This document shows positions 1 to 9,960 of a stretch of DNA of 64,000 nucleotides, in pieces. The notes beneath the pieces are model-generated. The model did not search any database, had not been told where the DNA came from, and saw nothing but the letters and a program-made list of their open reading frames with translations. This DNA is from Alkalispirochaeta sp. GTDB taxonomy: Bacteria > Spirochaetota > Spirochaetia > DSM-27196 > Alkalispirochaetaceae. Numbering within the stretch: the first letter of the stretch is position 1; the number at the start of each line of letters is the position of its first letter. Made by a program: the position numbers and the translations under genes. The stretch lies in contig OZ271854.1 of the NCBI GenBank assembly GCA_965601925.1, positions 704,001 through 768,000 on the forward strand. Reading direction: 5' to 3'.

Positions 1-699
1 CAACTCGGTGCGTCCCCTCTCCCCGAGTCGGCCCGTCAAATCGCCCTCTTCCGCCGCGGCCAACGTGCGCTCTATCGGCCGAACCGGCTTCAGCAACCGG
101 TTGAGAATTGAACCGAACAGCACGAACAGCAGGACCGCACTCACGGCAACGGCGATTGCGAGCCCCGTTAAGAGCCGTCGCACGCCGGCGTAGCGCGTCG
201 CGTTACTCATCACGAATCCGGTGTACCAGTCCCAAGGCCGGTAATAAGAATAGATCACCCATCCCGAGAAGGAACCGGTACGAACCTCTCGGTCGCGACG
301 TTCGTTCGCCTGAGAAAGCTCGGAGATCGTGCCGTCGGTGACGAGAGAGGAGAAAAAGGCGGCGTCCAGCCCGCTCTCCGACAAATGGAGAATCGTCTGT
401 CCGTCGCCGTTGACGATAAACGGGTACGCCCGCGACTCGGCAAAGCCCAAATAGCGGCTCTCGAGGCGATCGAGAAGCTCGCCTTGGATCCGTTGCACCT
501 CTTCGGTTGCCGCCGATACGGCGTCGACGACACGATAATCATACTCGAAGTTTCTGATACGCTCGGAGTAGTCGCTTCGATCGAGCTGTCCGATCTCGTA
601 GAGGAGGCTGAGGACCGATAGTGTGATGGTTAACAGGCCGAGTACGACCGTTACCGCTCCCGCCGCGAGATACAAGGGCGTTCGTAATGTACCGCGCAT
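1..699 (-). CDS. Methyl-accepting chemotaxis protein or similar sensor, N-terminal part (TM-Cache-like-TM-HAMP); runs off the window edge
   Basis: Not in the ORF track. My translation from ATG 699 is open to position 1: MRGTLRTPLYLAAGAVTVVLGLL...YPFIVNGDGQTILH...YSYYRPWDWYTGFV...LLFVLFGSILNRLLKPVRPIERTLAAAEEGDLTGRL. This gives two TM helices, a Cache-like periplasmic domain and a HAMP start. The output domain is not visible. Confidence 0.75.
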   Translation of the reverse strand, partial: MRGTLRTPLYLAAGAVTVVLGLLTITLSVLSLLYEIGQLDRSDYSERIRNFEYDYRVVDAVSAATEEVQRIQGELLDRLESRYLGFAESRAYPFIVNGDGQTILHLSESGLDAAFFSSLVTDGTISELSQANERRDREVRTGSFSGWVIYSYYRPWDWYTGFVMSNATRYAGVRRLLTGLAIAVAVSAVLLFVLFGSILNRLLKPVRPIERTLAAAEEGDLTGRLGERGRTEL

Positions 700-760
700 A
701 CCATCAGTGTATCGCGTGCGGCGATCGGGTGCCATAGCGGCGCATCGAGATACCGAGGAT

Positions 761-3715
761 TCAGCCGAGCGAGCGTACGATCCGTGACCCCTCGTCCTCG
801 TCGAGCTCGATCCGCAGACACGCGTCGATCTCCTGCTGCAACGCTTCCACGTGCGAGATCACACCGACGACCCGGTGCTCTTTGCGCAGATCCTTGAGCG
901 TGGCAAAGACATCTTGTAACGCATCTCCGTCGAGGGAACCGAACCCTTCGTCGAGAAAGAAGAATCCCGGGAGGCCGTCCTCGGAGGCGCCGCGATCGAT
1001 ACTATCCACGAGCGCCAATGCAAGGCACAACGCAGCCTGAAAGGTCTGCCCGCCCGAGAGCGTTTTGATGCTTCGGCGACGACCACCGTTGAGGTAGTCG
1101 ACGACCTCGAAATCTCGATCACCTCGGAGCGCCAAATGGAGCTGATTGCGCGTCAATCGACGGAACCGCTCATTGGCCGCGGCAACCAACTGCTCCAAAT
1201 ACACTTGCGCTACGTAGCCGACAAATCCCGCTCCCTTGAAGAGGTTACGTACGGTCTGGATGTCGCCGATACGCGCTGCAAGATGTGTCTCCCGTTCGAC
1301 GAGCTCGGCGTGTCGCGCCAGCTGGCGTCGAGCAAGCTCCAAGTCGCTCTCGAGGGCCCCGGTACGTGTATCGATGCGCCGGATCTCTCCTTCCAGAGTC
1401 CGTACCCGTTCGCGCTCACGGTCGAGAGCGTCGGGTTCATACGGGCGATCGGTGAGCTCGGCCTCGATCGTTCGCAATCGATCGGAGACCGTCCGTTGCG
1501 CCTCGCGATATCGATCGATCCGACGACGATAATCGGGGATGCCCGGAAGGTCGGCCACATACGCGTTCAGACGCTCGTCGTCGGCATCGCGAATCGCCGA
1601 CGGCGAGTCGGCACGCTCCCGATAGAGGTCGTCTTCCGCCTCGGTCCGCTCGGCGGAGATGCGTTCGTACTGTTCCCGCCGTTCTTCCTCCTGTACGCGC
1701 AAACGTTCGGCCTCGAGTGAGCGCTCCTCGGCGATGCGTGTCGCCTCTTCCAAGTCCGCCTCCAAGCGCCCGATCTCTCGATCGAGCTCCTCGGCCCGCC
1801 GATGCGGTTCGCCCGCGACATCTCCTTCGAACCGCCGTCGTTCCTCCTCATCGAACCCGTCGAGCAACGTGGCGATACGAGTATCCAGCGCTTCGATTTT
1901 TCCCGCGGATTTGCCGTGAGACGCGTGGTAACTCGCAAGGCGGTCTGCGATATCGCGCCGTTTTTCGCGGATGCGCTCCAACGTCTCCCGGCGCGCGTCG
2001 ATCCGGTCGTGCCGTTTCCACGCCTCATCAACCTCGCGCGCGGCGCGCTCCGGGTCGCCTACGAGTGCGGGATCTCCGTCCTCCCCGTCGACCAGGGCGG
2101 CCTCTTCACGATCGAGAGCCTCAAAGGTCGCCTTGAGTCCCCGAAGCGCCTCGATACGTCGATCGAACTCCTCGATCGACGGCCGGTCCCGGGACGACTC
2201 CTCGACGGCGGCCGCGACGAGACGGCGGCCGTCGGGATGGTGGGTCGAACCGCACAACGGACACGGTTCCCCGTCGGTGAGTCCGTCGGCCAACGCGGCT
2301 AAGTGTCGGGCGAGATCCGCCTCACGCCGATCCCTCTGTGCACTTTCGCGTCGTTCCGCGAGCGTCGCGAGCGCGCGCTCGATATCGTGCGCATCGTCGG
2401 CGTCGATGCCGAACTTCCGCGGGGCGTCGCGTCGGAGCCGCCGCAGGCGGGTGAGCGCATCCAGTCGGGTGCGTGCAACTTCGATCACAGCGCCTCGCCG
2501 TCGCAACTCGTCGCGGTCGAGAAGCCCCCCTTGGAGCTCCTCGATCGCCGCGCGCATATCGCGTTCCTGTTGCGCGCCGACCTCATCCTCGGATCGCAGG
2601 CGTTCGACCGCATCCCGATCCCGCGAGGTCTCATCGAGGAGGGCGAGCCGCTCGGAGGCGAGAAACAGCGCATCGCGACGACGCACGAGCTCGTCCTTGA
2701 GAACGCTCCGTTTCATAAGCGCCTCCCGTCGCGATCGCGCGGCGTCCAGCTGGGTCCGGGCGGGGCCGACCTTCTGCGTCGTTTCGGCGAGGCGTGCGCG
2801 CGCTTCTCCCTCGGTTTTACGTGCGCGCTCCCGCCGCTCCCAGATGGGACGAATGCGATCGCGCACGAGTTCCAGAACTGCGACGTGCTCACCGAGGGTC
2901 TCAATGTCGGCTCGTTGCGCGTCCAAATCGGCCGCCTCTCCGGCGAGTCGCGCTCGCTCCTCGATGAGGCGAGAACGCGCTTCCAAGGCGGCAAGCTCCT
3001 CGGCGGCGCGAGTCCGCTCGGCGCGCGCTTCCTCGCCGCGTTTCCGCAGACTCTCCAGCTCCTCTTCCGCCGCCTCAACGCGGGTCCGGAGCTCGGCGGG
3101 CAGCTCGCCCAACGCCGCCTGCACCGCCTCATACTCCCTCCGCGCGCGGTTATAGAGCGTCGTCGCCGAGCGATAGAGATCGAACCGTTCGAGCTGAAAG
3201 AGCTCTTTCATCATCGCGGTACGCTCGCCGCCGCCGAGTTGCAAGAACTCCTGGAAGCGTCCCTGGGGAATGATCGTCGTGCGACGAAAATTGGCGTAGT
3301 TGAGCCCGATAATGGGCTCGGCATCGGGGGTCTCCAAAGGACGCCATTCTCTCGTGTCCCGGTCGTAAACGTACGCGCGACGCGTGAAACTGCCGGCGCT
3401 GTCGACACGCTTCTTGTCGCGCTTGGCCGCTACCGTGAAACGGTACGTCTCCCCGTCGCGAGACAGAAACTCGAAATCCACCGACAGACGGTCGCTGCGG
3501 AGGTTGAGCATGTTGTAGCTTCGGCTGTCGCGTTGGTTCAGTCGCGCCGACTCTCCGTAAAGCGCGAGGGTGATCGCCTCGAGAATCGACGATTTACCGC
3601 TGCCGACACGGCCGAAAATACCGAATAGACTTGCTGAGGTGAGGGGACGAAAGTCGATGTCGACCTCTCGCCGATAGGAATAAAATCCCTCCATCTTTAA
3701 TCGTACGGGGATCAT
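761..3715 (-). CDS. sbcC: Exonuclease SbcCD subunit C (SMC-like ATPase)
   Basis: Walker A GRVGSGKS, Q-loop IIPQGRF, zinc hook CPLCG, long coiled coils, LSGGQ signature, Walker B FFLDEGFGSLD; 4-nt overlap with sbcD. Confidence 0.95.
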   Translation of the reverse strand: MIPVRLKMEGFYSYRREVDIDFRPLTSASLFGIFGRVGSGKSSILEAITLALYGESARLNQRDSRSYNMLNLRSDRLSVDFEFLSRDGETYRFTVAAKRDKKRVDSAGSFTRRAYVYDRDTREWRPLETPDAEPIIGLNYANFRRTTIIPQGRFQEFLQLGGGERTAMMKELFQLERFDLYRSATTLYNRARREYEAVQAALGELPAELRTRVEAAEEELESLRKRGEEARAERTRAAEELAALEARSRLIEERARLAGEAADLDAQRADIETLGEHVAVLELVRDRIRPIWERRERARKTEGEARARLAETTQKVGPARTQLDAARSRREALMKRSVLKDELVRRRDALFLASERLALLDETSRDRDAVERLRSEDEVGAQQERDMRAAIEELQGGLLDRDELRRRGAVIEVARTRLDALTRLRRLRRDAPRKFGIDADDAHDIERALATLAERRESAQRDRREADLARHLAALADGLTDGEPCPLCGSTHHPDGRRLVAAAVEESSRDRPSIEEFDRRIEALRGLKATFEALDREEAALVDGEDGDPALVGDPERAAREVDEAWKRHDRIDARRETLERIREKRRDIADRLASYHASHGKSAGKIEALDTRIATLLDGFDEEERRRFEGDVAGEPHRRAEELDREIGRLEADLEEATRIAEERSLEAERLRVQEEERREQYERISAERTEAEDDLYRERADSPSAIRDADDERLNAYVADLPGIPDYRRRIDRYREAQRTVSDRLRTIEAELTDRPYEPDALDRERERVRTLEGEIRRIDTRTGALESDLELARRQLARHAELVERETHLAARIGDIQTVRNLFKGAGFVGYVAQVYLEQLVAAANERFRRLTRNQLHLALRGDRDFEVVDYLNGGRRRSIKTLSGGQTFQAALCLALALVDSIDRGASEDGLPGFFFLDEGFGSLDGDALQDVFATLKDLRKEHRVVGVISHVEALQQEIDACLRIELDEDEGSRIVRSLG

Positions 3716-5007
3716 CGAATCGCTCCTTCGTCCACCTCGCCATCGTCCTCCGACGGCGCCGCTACGATCTCCGCCAACAGCTCGATGATGGTATCCGGAG
3801 GCTCCTGCCCCGTGCGATCGCGGAAGAAACGCGAAAACAACTCACCCATGTCGCCGCGCGGATCGAGACCGGTGCGGCGCGACTCCTCGGAGTCACCGGC
3901 GGATATGACCGGAACGATCGTTACGATACGACGGTGCGCCTCGTGTAATCGCCGACGATCCGCACCGGAAAGATACTCCGGCAGGGTGAGACTCAACTCC
4001 ACCAAACAGTCGCGATGCGCGGCAAGCCAAGCGACCGCGCCGTCGACCGAGTGGGCGTGGTGGCGCACAAGGGGCAATCCGCCGGAAAGACGACGCTCGC
4101 GGATCTCCGGATCGGCGCCGAGTGAATCGTGTGACTCGACCTCGACGATCGTGACGCTTTTGGCCTGCCCCGCCTCCGAGAAGCTGTAACTCAAGGGGCT
4201 CCCGCTGTAGCGCACCGCCGCCGGGCCGGCGACGGCGTGAGGCCGGTGGAGATGACCGCACGCGACGTACTGAATACGCGACGGTACGATGGCCGTGGAG
4301 AGCGCCGGAGCTCCGCCGATGTGCCCTATCGGCCGCTCCGATTCGGGCTCTTCCGGCGGGGCCGCAGGGTCGGCGGCGAACAGGAGGTGGGCCACCATAA
4401 GATCGATCCCGTCGTCACGACAGTGCTCGGCGACGAGGCCGCTCCACGCCTCCTGCAACACGTGTTGGAGCGCTCGATCCGCCTCGTCCTCCTCGGTTGT
4501 GCTCCCCGCTCGTTCGCCGACGAGAGCGCGACGCAAGCGAAACTCATTGGCGTACGGTGCGAGGAGGATGCGAACGGGGATGCCGGCGATTCCGGGGCGA
4601 TCGATTGCAAGCTCGACCAGACCGGGGACGGTATGTGTTACCGAGACCCTACCGGCCGCAAAACGGGGGACGGTCGTGTCCGGGTAGCCGGCCAGGATGA
4701 TGCCGTGGCGACGGGCGAGTACCTCAGGAGCGACGACTCTGTCCGGCGAATCGTGGTTACCCGCTACCGCCACAACCGCCCGCTCGCCGTCGCGAGCGAG
4801 ATCCTTTAAGGTTCTGTAGAGCAACTCCTGCGCGTCGCTTGCGGGATTGAACGTATCGAACAGGTCTCCGGCGACGAGGACGAGGTCGACATCCTCATCG
4901 TCGGCGACGGTGACGATCTCCGAAAGTATGCGTTCCTGCTCCTCGAGTCGCGCGAATCGTTCGAGGCGTTTTCCGATATGCCAGTCGGCGGTGTGTAGAA
5001 TCTTCAT
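3712..5007 (-). CDS. sbcD: Exonuclease SbcCD subunit D (Mre11-like nuclease)
   Basis: Metallophosphoesterase motifs ILHTADWHIG, AGDLFD, GNHD, GHLH, YSGSPLSYSFSE. Confidence 0.95.
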   Translation of the reverse strand: MKILHTADWHIGKRLERFARLEEQERILSEIVTVADDEDVDLVLVAGDLFDTFNPASDAQELLYRTLKDLARDGERAVVAVAGNHDSPDRVVAPEVLARRHGIILAGYPDTTVPRFAAGRVSVTHTVPGLVELAIDRPGIAGIPVRILLAPYANEFRLRRALVGERAGSTTEEDEADRALQHVLQEAWSGLVAEHCRDDGIDLMVAHLLFAADPAAPPEEPESERPIGHIGGAPALSTAIVPSRIQYVACGHLHRPHAVAGPAAVRYSGSPLSYSFSEAGQAKSVTIVEVESHDSLGADPEIRERRLSGGLPLVRHHAHSVDGAVAWLAAHRDCLVELSLTLPEYLSGADRRRLHEAHRRIVTIVPVISAGDSEESRRTGLDPRGDMGELFSRFFRDRTGQEPPDTIIELLAEIVAAPSEDDGEVDEGAIR

Positions 5008-5267
5008 GGTTGCGGATCGTCGGCGACAAACGCACGAGGGCGCGGTCGTTCACCCTATGCGCGTCTCGACGGAACTACGGTCGCGGCCCGACGTTTGGCC
5101 GCGATGCGCGCACGGCGCCGAGCGGCTCGTCGATTCCGTCCGGCGTTCCCCGAGGTCTCCGTCCGCGACTATAAGATATCCCGGCTGCGATGCCAATCTC
5201 TCGAGCCTACCTCCGCCCCGGACGGACGACGTGACAAGAGGAAGCGTGAGGGGTGATACTGATAGTT

Positions 5268-6923
5268 ATGAAACGCCGTGGAGCCGTCATGGCGACGATT
5301 GTACTGAGCATAGTGTGGGCGACGCCGATCGGTGCGGTGGAGATTGCCGGTATCATAGGGTTCGACGGTGCGGTGCGGGCGCGTCGCTGGAATCCCATTC
5401 TCGTATCGTTGGCCGCGGGCGCCGCGCCGACGGTGGCCATTCTGGAGATCGAAACGTCGCCGGGGCCGCTCGCGAGCGGGCGCGAGAGTCGCTACACCGT
5501 TCGTCGGTCCATACGCTTGGAGCCGGGCGAACGGAGACTCTTCCGCGAGGTCGTGCCGATCGGACGTACGATTCTCCCGGTACGGGTGCGCGTGGTGGAA
5601 CAGCACGACGGCGGCGAGACGAGAGACGTACAACCCACCGCCCAGCCGGGGACACGCACCATCGCGGAAGAGAGCCTATCTCCCGCGCTCACGCTCACCG
5701 ATCGGCCTCTCATCATCGCACTCGGCGCCTCCCCGACGCTTGTCGCTGAGGTATCGACCGGTGGCACGGTCGTTACCCCCTTCGTGGAACAGCTGCCCGA
5801 GCACGCGGCGGGCTATGAGCCGGCCTCTCTGATAATCACCGATCGCTCGTCAATTGCGCGCACCACCGCGGCGCAACGGAGAGCGCTCTTGGACTGGGTC
5901 GATGCCGGTGGAACGATGGTGTGGCTCGGCGAAGCGGCGATGATCGAGCGCGATCTCGATATCGGCGCGCTCGGGGAGCCCGCCGGAGTCGTATTCGTCG
6001 CACCGGACGGGGGGGAAGGGACGACACTCGCGGCCGTTCTACGGCACGTGGAGACGACCGAAGGGGCACCTCAGCTCCCTATCTTCAGCGATCGGGTCGC
6101 ATTTGCCGACGAGACGCATAGAGCACTCTTACCGGGGTTGGTTTATCGATATCCGTCGCGACTCAGCGCGGCGTTGCCGCTTGCTATGGTCACCGCCGCC
6201 TTTTGGTGGTTTGCCTCGCCCGCACGTCGCACCGGCTCCCCCTATCGCGTCCTTGTCATCCTCGGCGCGACGATAGTGCTCTACGTCACCTTCGGCGTCA
6301 TAGCCAGGCCGCCGGTCACCGTCGGGGTCGAGGTACAGACACTCAACGCCTCCTCGTCCGCGAGACGAGGAATACTCCACCGTGAGTTGCTGCTCGCCTC
6401 CGTAGCCCCCGCGACTCGACGTGTCACAATATCGTCCACGGAGGTCGTCGTACCGATGTGGGGCGAGACGATTGTGGAGCGGAACGGCGCCGGATCGCTC
6501 TCTTTCACCCTCGAGACGGAGGCGTGGAATCACCGGTACGCCGTCTTGGCGCAGCGGCATCGCGTCCCGTTACACGCCCGTTACGCCGACCAGACGCTTG
6601 TCGTCGCCGCGGACGAAAGTGTGGCCGTCTCCTCCTTCGCAACGGTCAGGTCGACGGAGGTAGGATTTTTCGGTCCGTTGGAGCCCTCATCGGTCCGAAC
6701 CCTGTCGAGCGAGGAGCTCACCGTCGGCGGCGCCGGTGAGGGCGTAGAGCTGCGCCTCGAGAGACTGCGCGACGAGCTACGTCGTCGGGGTCGGCGATTA
6801 CTCGACGCGGATATGTCGGTCATCGCCCTCCTTCGACACCCTCTCACGGCGCCGCTTCTCGACGATGCCGGAGACCGCACGGTAACGCGAGTCGAACTCG
6901 ACATCACGGGGGGCGATCTATGA
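5268..6923 (+). CDS. Exported/membrane protein, first gene of the MoxR-vWA operon (class I GATase-like segment)
   Basis: Signal-like N-terminus, 'ALLDWVDAGGTMVWLG' GATase-like motif, two internal TM helices; ATGA overlap with the next gene; start uncertain (5253/5268). Confidence 0.65.
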   Translation: MKRRGAVMATIVLSIVWATPIGAVEIAGIIGFDGAVRARRWNPILVSLAAGAAPTVAILEIETSPGPLASGRESRYTVRRSIRLEPGERRLFREVVPIGRTILPVRVRVVEQHDGGETRDVQPTAQPGTRTIAEESLSPALTLTDRPLIIALGASPTLVAEVSTGGTVVTPFVEQLPEHAAGYEPASLIITDRSSIARTTAAQRRALLDWVDAGGTMVWLGEAAMIERDLDIGALGEPAGVVFVAPDGGEGTTLAAVLRHVETTEGAPQLPIFSDRVAFADETHRALLPGLVYRYPSRLSAALPLAMVTAAFWWFASPARRTGSPYRVLVILGATIVLYVTFGVIARPPVTVGVEVQTLNASSSARRGILHRELLLASVAPATRRVTISSTEVVVPMWGETIVERNGAGSLSFTLETEAWNHRYAVLAQRHRVPLHARYADQTLVVAADESVAVSSFATVRSTEVGFFGPLEPSSVRTLSSEELTVGGAGEGVELRLERLRDELRRRGRRLLDADMSVIALLRHPLTAPLLDDAGDRTVTRVELDITGGDL

Positions 6924-7570
6924 TCGGTACGACGCTCCAAGATCGCGTTGCCGCAACATGGGTCGTCGGCGGCTTGTCGATCGTCGTCGCCCTCACGTGG
7001 CCCGGATCGAGTCTGTTGGAGCTCTTCGCCGCCGGCGGAACGCCGACGATGGTGGAGGCGATACGTCTCACGCTCCCTCTTTCGGCACTATGCGCCGGCG
7101 GCTATCTGGGTTCGAGAACGGACGGAGGCGGACGGCGGCGCACCATACCGGAGCATATTGCCGGAATCGCGCTCTTTGCCGGCGCAACGCTCCCCCCGGT
7201 TGCGGTGGCGGCCGGAGTGTTGGCGTTGGGGCCGACGGCGGTGCCGACTCTCGCTCTTTTGGCGGCGATTCTGGCTGCGACGGCACGCGGCATCGCGATT
7301 ATCGCTCACACGATCGTCCGAGCGTCGGTTTTGAGGAGTATATTGGTATGGGGACTACTCGGCTCCATTCTCGCCGTATCGACGTTGTACGTACCGGCGG
7401 CTAACCCGTTCGCCATGGCAGCGATGTTGAGCGACCCCGGCACGCCGATGGGCGCACACGACGTCGTCGCGCGATGGAGTCCGGTCGCCGGCTGGGCCGT
7501 GGCGGCCGCGATCGTTTTAGGCATTGCCGCTCGCCTACAGCACCGGAAGCGGGGGAATCGCGATGGATGA
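6920..7570 (+). CDS. Multi-pass membrane hypothetical protein (possibly ABC-2-permease-like)
   Basis: About 6 hydrophobic segments, 'AANPFAMA' motif; overlaps both neighbours. Confidence 0.6.
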   Translation: MIGTTLQDRVAATWVVGGLSIVVALTWPGSSLLELFAAGGTPTMVEAIRLTLPLSALCAGGYLGSRTDGGGRRRTIPEHIAGIALFAGATLPPVAVAAGVLALGPTAVPTLALLAAILAATARGIAIIAHTIVRASVLRSILVWGLLGSILAVSTLYVPAANPFAMAAMLSDPGTPMGAHDVVARWSPVAGWAVAAAIVLGIAARLQHRKRGNRDG

Positions 7571-8927
7571 GACGCATCGTACACTACACGAGATCGCCGA
7601 CTCGATTCGACGCCGATGCCGGACGAACGGCGCGCTCGCGGGGCTGGTCGATGCGTTGTGTGCGGCCGGCGTTATCGTTGCGGTCGTCATCGTTGCAACG
7701 TCTACCGACGGCCCGATCGCCGTCGCGGTTTGGGGATCGCTTACTGCGGCGACGGCGACGGCACTCCTATCGGGAAGACGTCGTACACCTACGGCGATAG
7801 AGGCAATTCGCCGTGCCGACCGCGAAATACGGGCCAAAGGTCTCCTCCCGAGCGCGTGGGAGGTTCTCGAGGGGAGACGTGGCGACCTACAAGCGCTCAC
7901 GGCACTCGAGCGCGCCCTCGTACGTCGCGCCGCCACCGCCGCACGACGGGTCGAGACCTCGCGCGTGGTCCCGTTCCGGCTGCCTCCGCGGACGCCTTTT
8001 TTTGCGTTGGCGCTGGCACTCCCCATTCTGGCCGTGGCCGCGCGCCCCTATCTGTCGGAACGAGACGCGACTCCGGTTCTTATGTCTTGGGACGCACAGA
8101 TACCACAGGATCTCCTACGACCCGACGAACGCGAGACGTCCGGACAGGAACGTCTGGCTCTCACGCAACGCCTCCGCCGATCGGGCGGCGAAAGGCAGCG
8201 TCCGGAACGCGGAACCGACCGCGGCGGTCGCACCGGTGAGATCTTACGCTTTGAAGATGCGATGCGCGATTTGGCGCCCGGCGACGCGCTGACTCCCGGA
8301 CGACAGGGGGGAAGAGCGTCCGGTGAGGTGGAGTCGCAGGGATTTCTCCGCGCCGTACCGCCCGACGGAACCGGCGGAGTCGTACTGCTTGAGAGAGACT
8401 CGTCTGAGGCGAGTCGTACGTCTCCGGCGGAGGTTCCGGGAACGGAAGCACCCACCGATCCCGAGCGGAACGGCGACGAGAGGAGCGGCGGTGGCGGCAC
8501 CGGCGCACCGAGCGGCCCCGGGGCGGAGAGAGGCAATAATCCCGCAGAGGGCGGTGCTCCGTCTCAAGCGGACTCGTCTGGCGGTGGTATCAATCCGCAG
8601 GGCGGAGAGGACGAGGGGTCGTCGGACGGAAGCACAACGCGACCGGGACGGGGCGCCGGCGATCGGTCCGACGACACGCCGTCTCCGACGAGGAGTATCG
8701 AAGGTATCGGCACGATCCCGTTGGAACTACCGCAGGCCGCCGAGAGCGACGTGCCGGTAAACGAGCTCATGAGTCGTGCACGACCGTGGGGTATACCCGG
8801 TGAGGAGATCGAAGCGCTCGCTACGACCGATTTTGATCGCCGGGCCGAGCGTATTCTCGAGCGCCAAGACATACCGGAATCGGCGCGAGTTTTCGTACGC
8901 GACTATTTTTTGCGCCTCGACGGATAG
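7563..8927 (+). CDS. Membrane-anchored protein with G/S/E-rich low-complexity region, typical of MoxR operons
   Basis: N-terminal TM pair, 'ADREIRAKGLLPSAWE' motif, disordered GEGS-rich linker, C-terminal 'IPESARVFVRDYFLRL' motif. Confidence 0.7.
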   Translation: MDETHRTLHEIADSIRRRCRTNGALAGLVDALCAAGVIVAVVIVATSTDGPIAVAVWGSLTAATATALLSGRRRTPTAIEAIRRADREIRAKGLLPSAWEVLEGRRGDLQALTALERALVRRAATAARRVETSRVVPFRLPPRTPFFALALALPILAVAARPYLSERDATPVLMSWDAQIPQDLLRPDERETSGQERLALTQRLRRSGGERQRPERGTDRGGRTGEILRFEDAMRDLAPGDALTPGRQGGRASGEVESQGFLRAVPPDGTGGVVLLERDSSEASRTSPAEVPGTEAPTDPERNGDERSGGGGTGAPSGPGAERGNNPAEGGAPSQADSSGGGINPQGGEDEGSSDGSTTRPGRGAGDRSDDTPSPTRSIEGIGTIPLELPQAAESDVPVNELMSRARPWGIPGEEIEALATTDFDRRAERILERQDIPESARVFVRDYFLRLDG

Positions 8928-8943
8928 AAAGGACGGGTAAGAC

Positions 8944-9960
8944 ATGATCGATTCAAGGACCGAAACGAGCGCAGCGGAGACGATCGAGGAGGAGATAGCG
9001 CAGCGAGTCGCACAAATCCGATCGGTCCACCGCCAGGTGCGTCGCGTGATCATCGGACAGGACGAGTTGATATCTCACGTGCTCGCCTGCATATTCTGCA
9101 GCGGACACGCACTCCTGGAGGGCATTCCCGGCCTCGGCAAAACGCGCCTTATTCGCTCGGTCGCTCGCTCCCTCGCCTTGGAAACGACGCGCGTACAATG
9201 CACGCCCGATCTGATGCCGGCGGACATCATCGGCACGAACACCCTGCTGCAGGACGAGGCGGGCCACCAAAGCATCGAGTTTCAGCGGGGGCCCATCTTT
9301 ACCCAGCTCCTGTTGGCCGATGAGGTAAACCGCGCCACCCCAAAGACGCAATCGGCCCTCCTGGAGGCGATGCAGGAGCACCAAGTCACCGTCGGAGGAA
9401 CGACGTATCCGCTGGGACCGCCGTTCGTCGTGCTGGCAACGCAGAACCCTTTGGAGCTCGAGGGAACCTATCCACTCCCCGAGGCGCAGCTCGATCGTTT
9501 CTTCCTTAAGCTGCGCGTTCGATTTCCGGAACCCGACCAGATGATGGAGATCGTCAGACGCACGACGGGCAACGAACTGATCGATCTCGAGCCGGTAATC
9601 GGCGTTGAGGACATCGCCGCCATCCAGCGTCTGGTACGAGAGATCGTCGCCGAGGAGTGGGTGCGGCGGTACGTCGTCGATCTGGTATATGCGACACATC
9701 CGGATCGAGATGATGCGCCCGATATCGTGAAACGCTACGTTCGTTACGGTGCGAGCCCGCGGGGAGCACAAAGCCTGCTGCTTGCCGCCAAGTTTTCAGC
9801 CCTACTCGCGGGGCGTCTGCACGTTTCGCCGGAGGATTTTTCCGACATCATCGCCCCGAGTCTACGCCACAGAATCGTTTTGGGATTTCGCGCCGAGGCG
9901 GAGGGGCTATCGGTGGAGCGCGTGATCCAGGCGATTACGGAGGAGGTGACGCCACGCTGA
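8944..9960 (+). CDS. moxR: MoxR family AAA+ ATPase
   Basis: HALLEGIPGLGKT, RVQCTPDLMPADI, LLADEVNRATPKTQSALLEAMQE, ATQNPLELEGTYPLPEAQLDRF, GASPRG. Confidence 0.95.
   Translation: MIDSRTETSAAETIEEEIAQRVAQIRSVHRQVRRVIIGQDELISHVLACIFCSGHALLEGIPGLGKTRLIRSVARSLALETTRVQCTPDLMPADIIGTNTLLQDEAGHQSIEFQRGPIFTQLLLADEVNRATPKTQSALLEAMQEHQVTVGGTTYPLGPPFVVLATQNPLELEGTYPLPEAQLDRFFLKLRVRFPEPDQMMEIVRRTTGNELIDLEPVIGVEDIAAIQRLVREIVAEEWVRRYVVDLVYATHPDRDDAPDIVKRYVRYGASPRGAQSLLLAAKFSALLAGRLHVSPEDFSDIIAPSLRHRIVLGFRAEAEGLSVERVIQAITEEVTPR

Noticed and set aside
1136..3628. Long plus-strand ORFs (e.g. 1971-3155, 2303-3628) opposite sbcC, and similar shadows across the window
   Set aside because: Antisense or alternate-frame shadows of real genes in GC-rich DNA; R/S/A-biased composition and no motifs
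761..5007. SMC + nuclease pair as a Wadjet/Lamassu-like defence system
   Set aside because: All motifs and the gene order match housekeeping sbcDC; no partner genes
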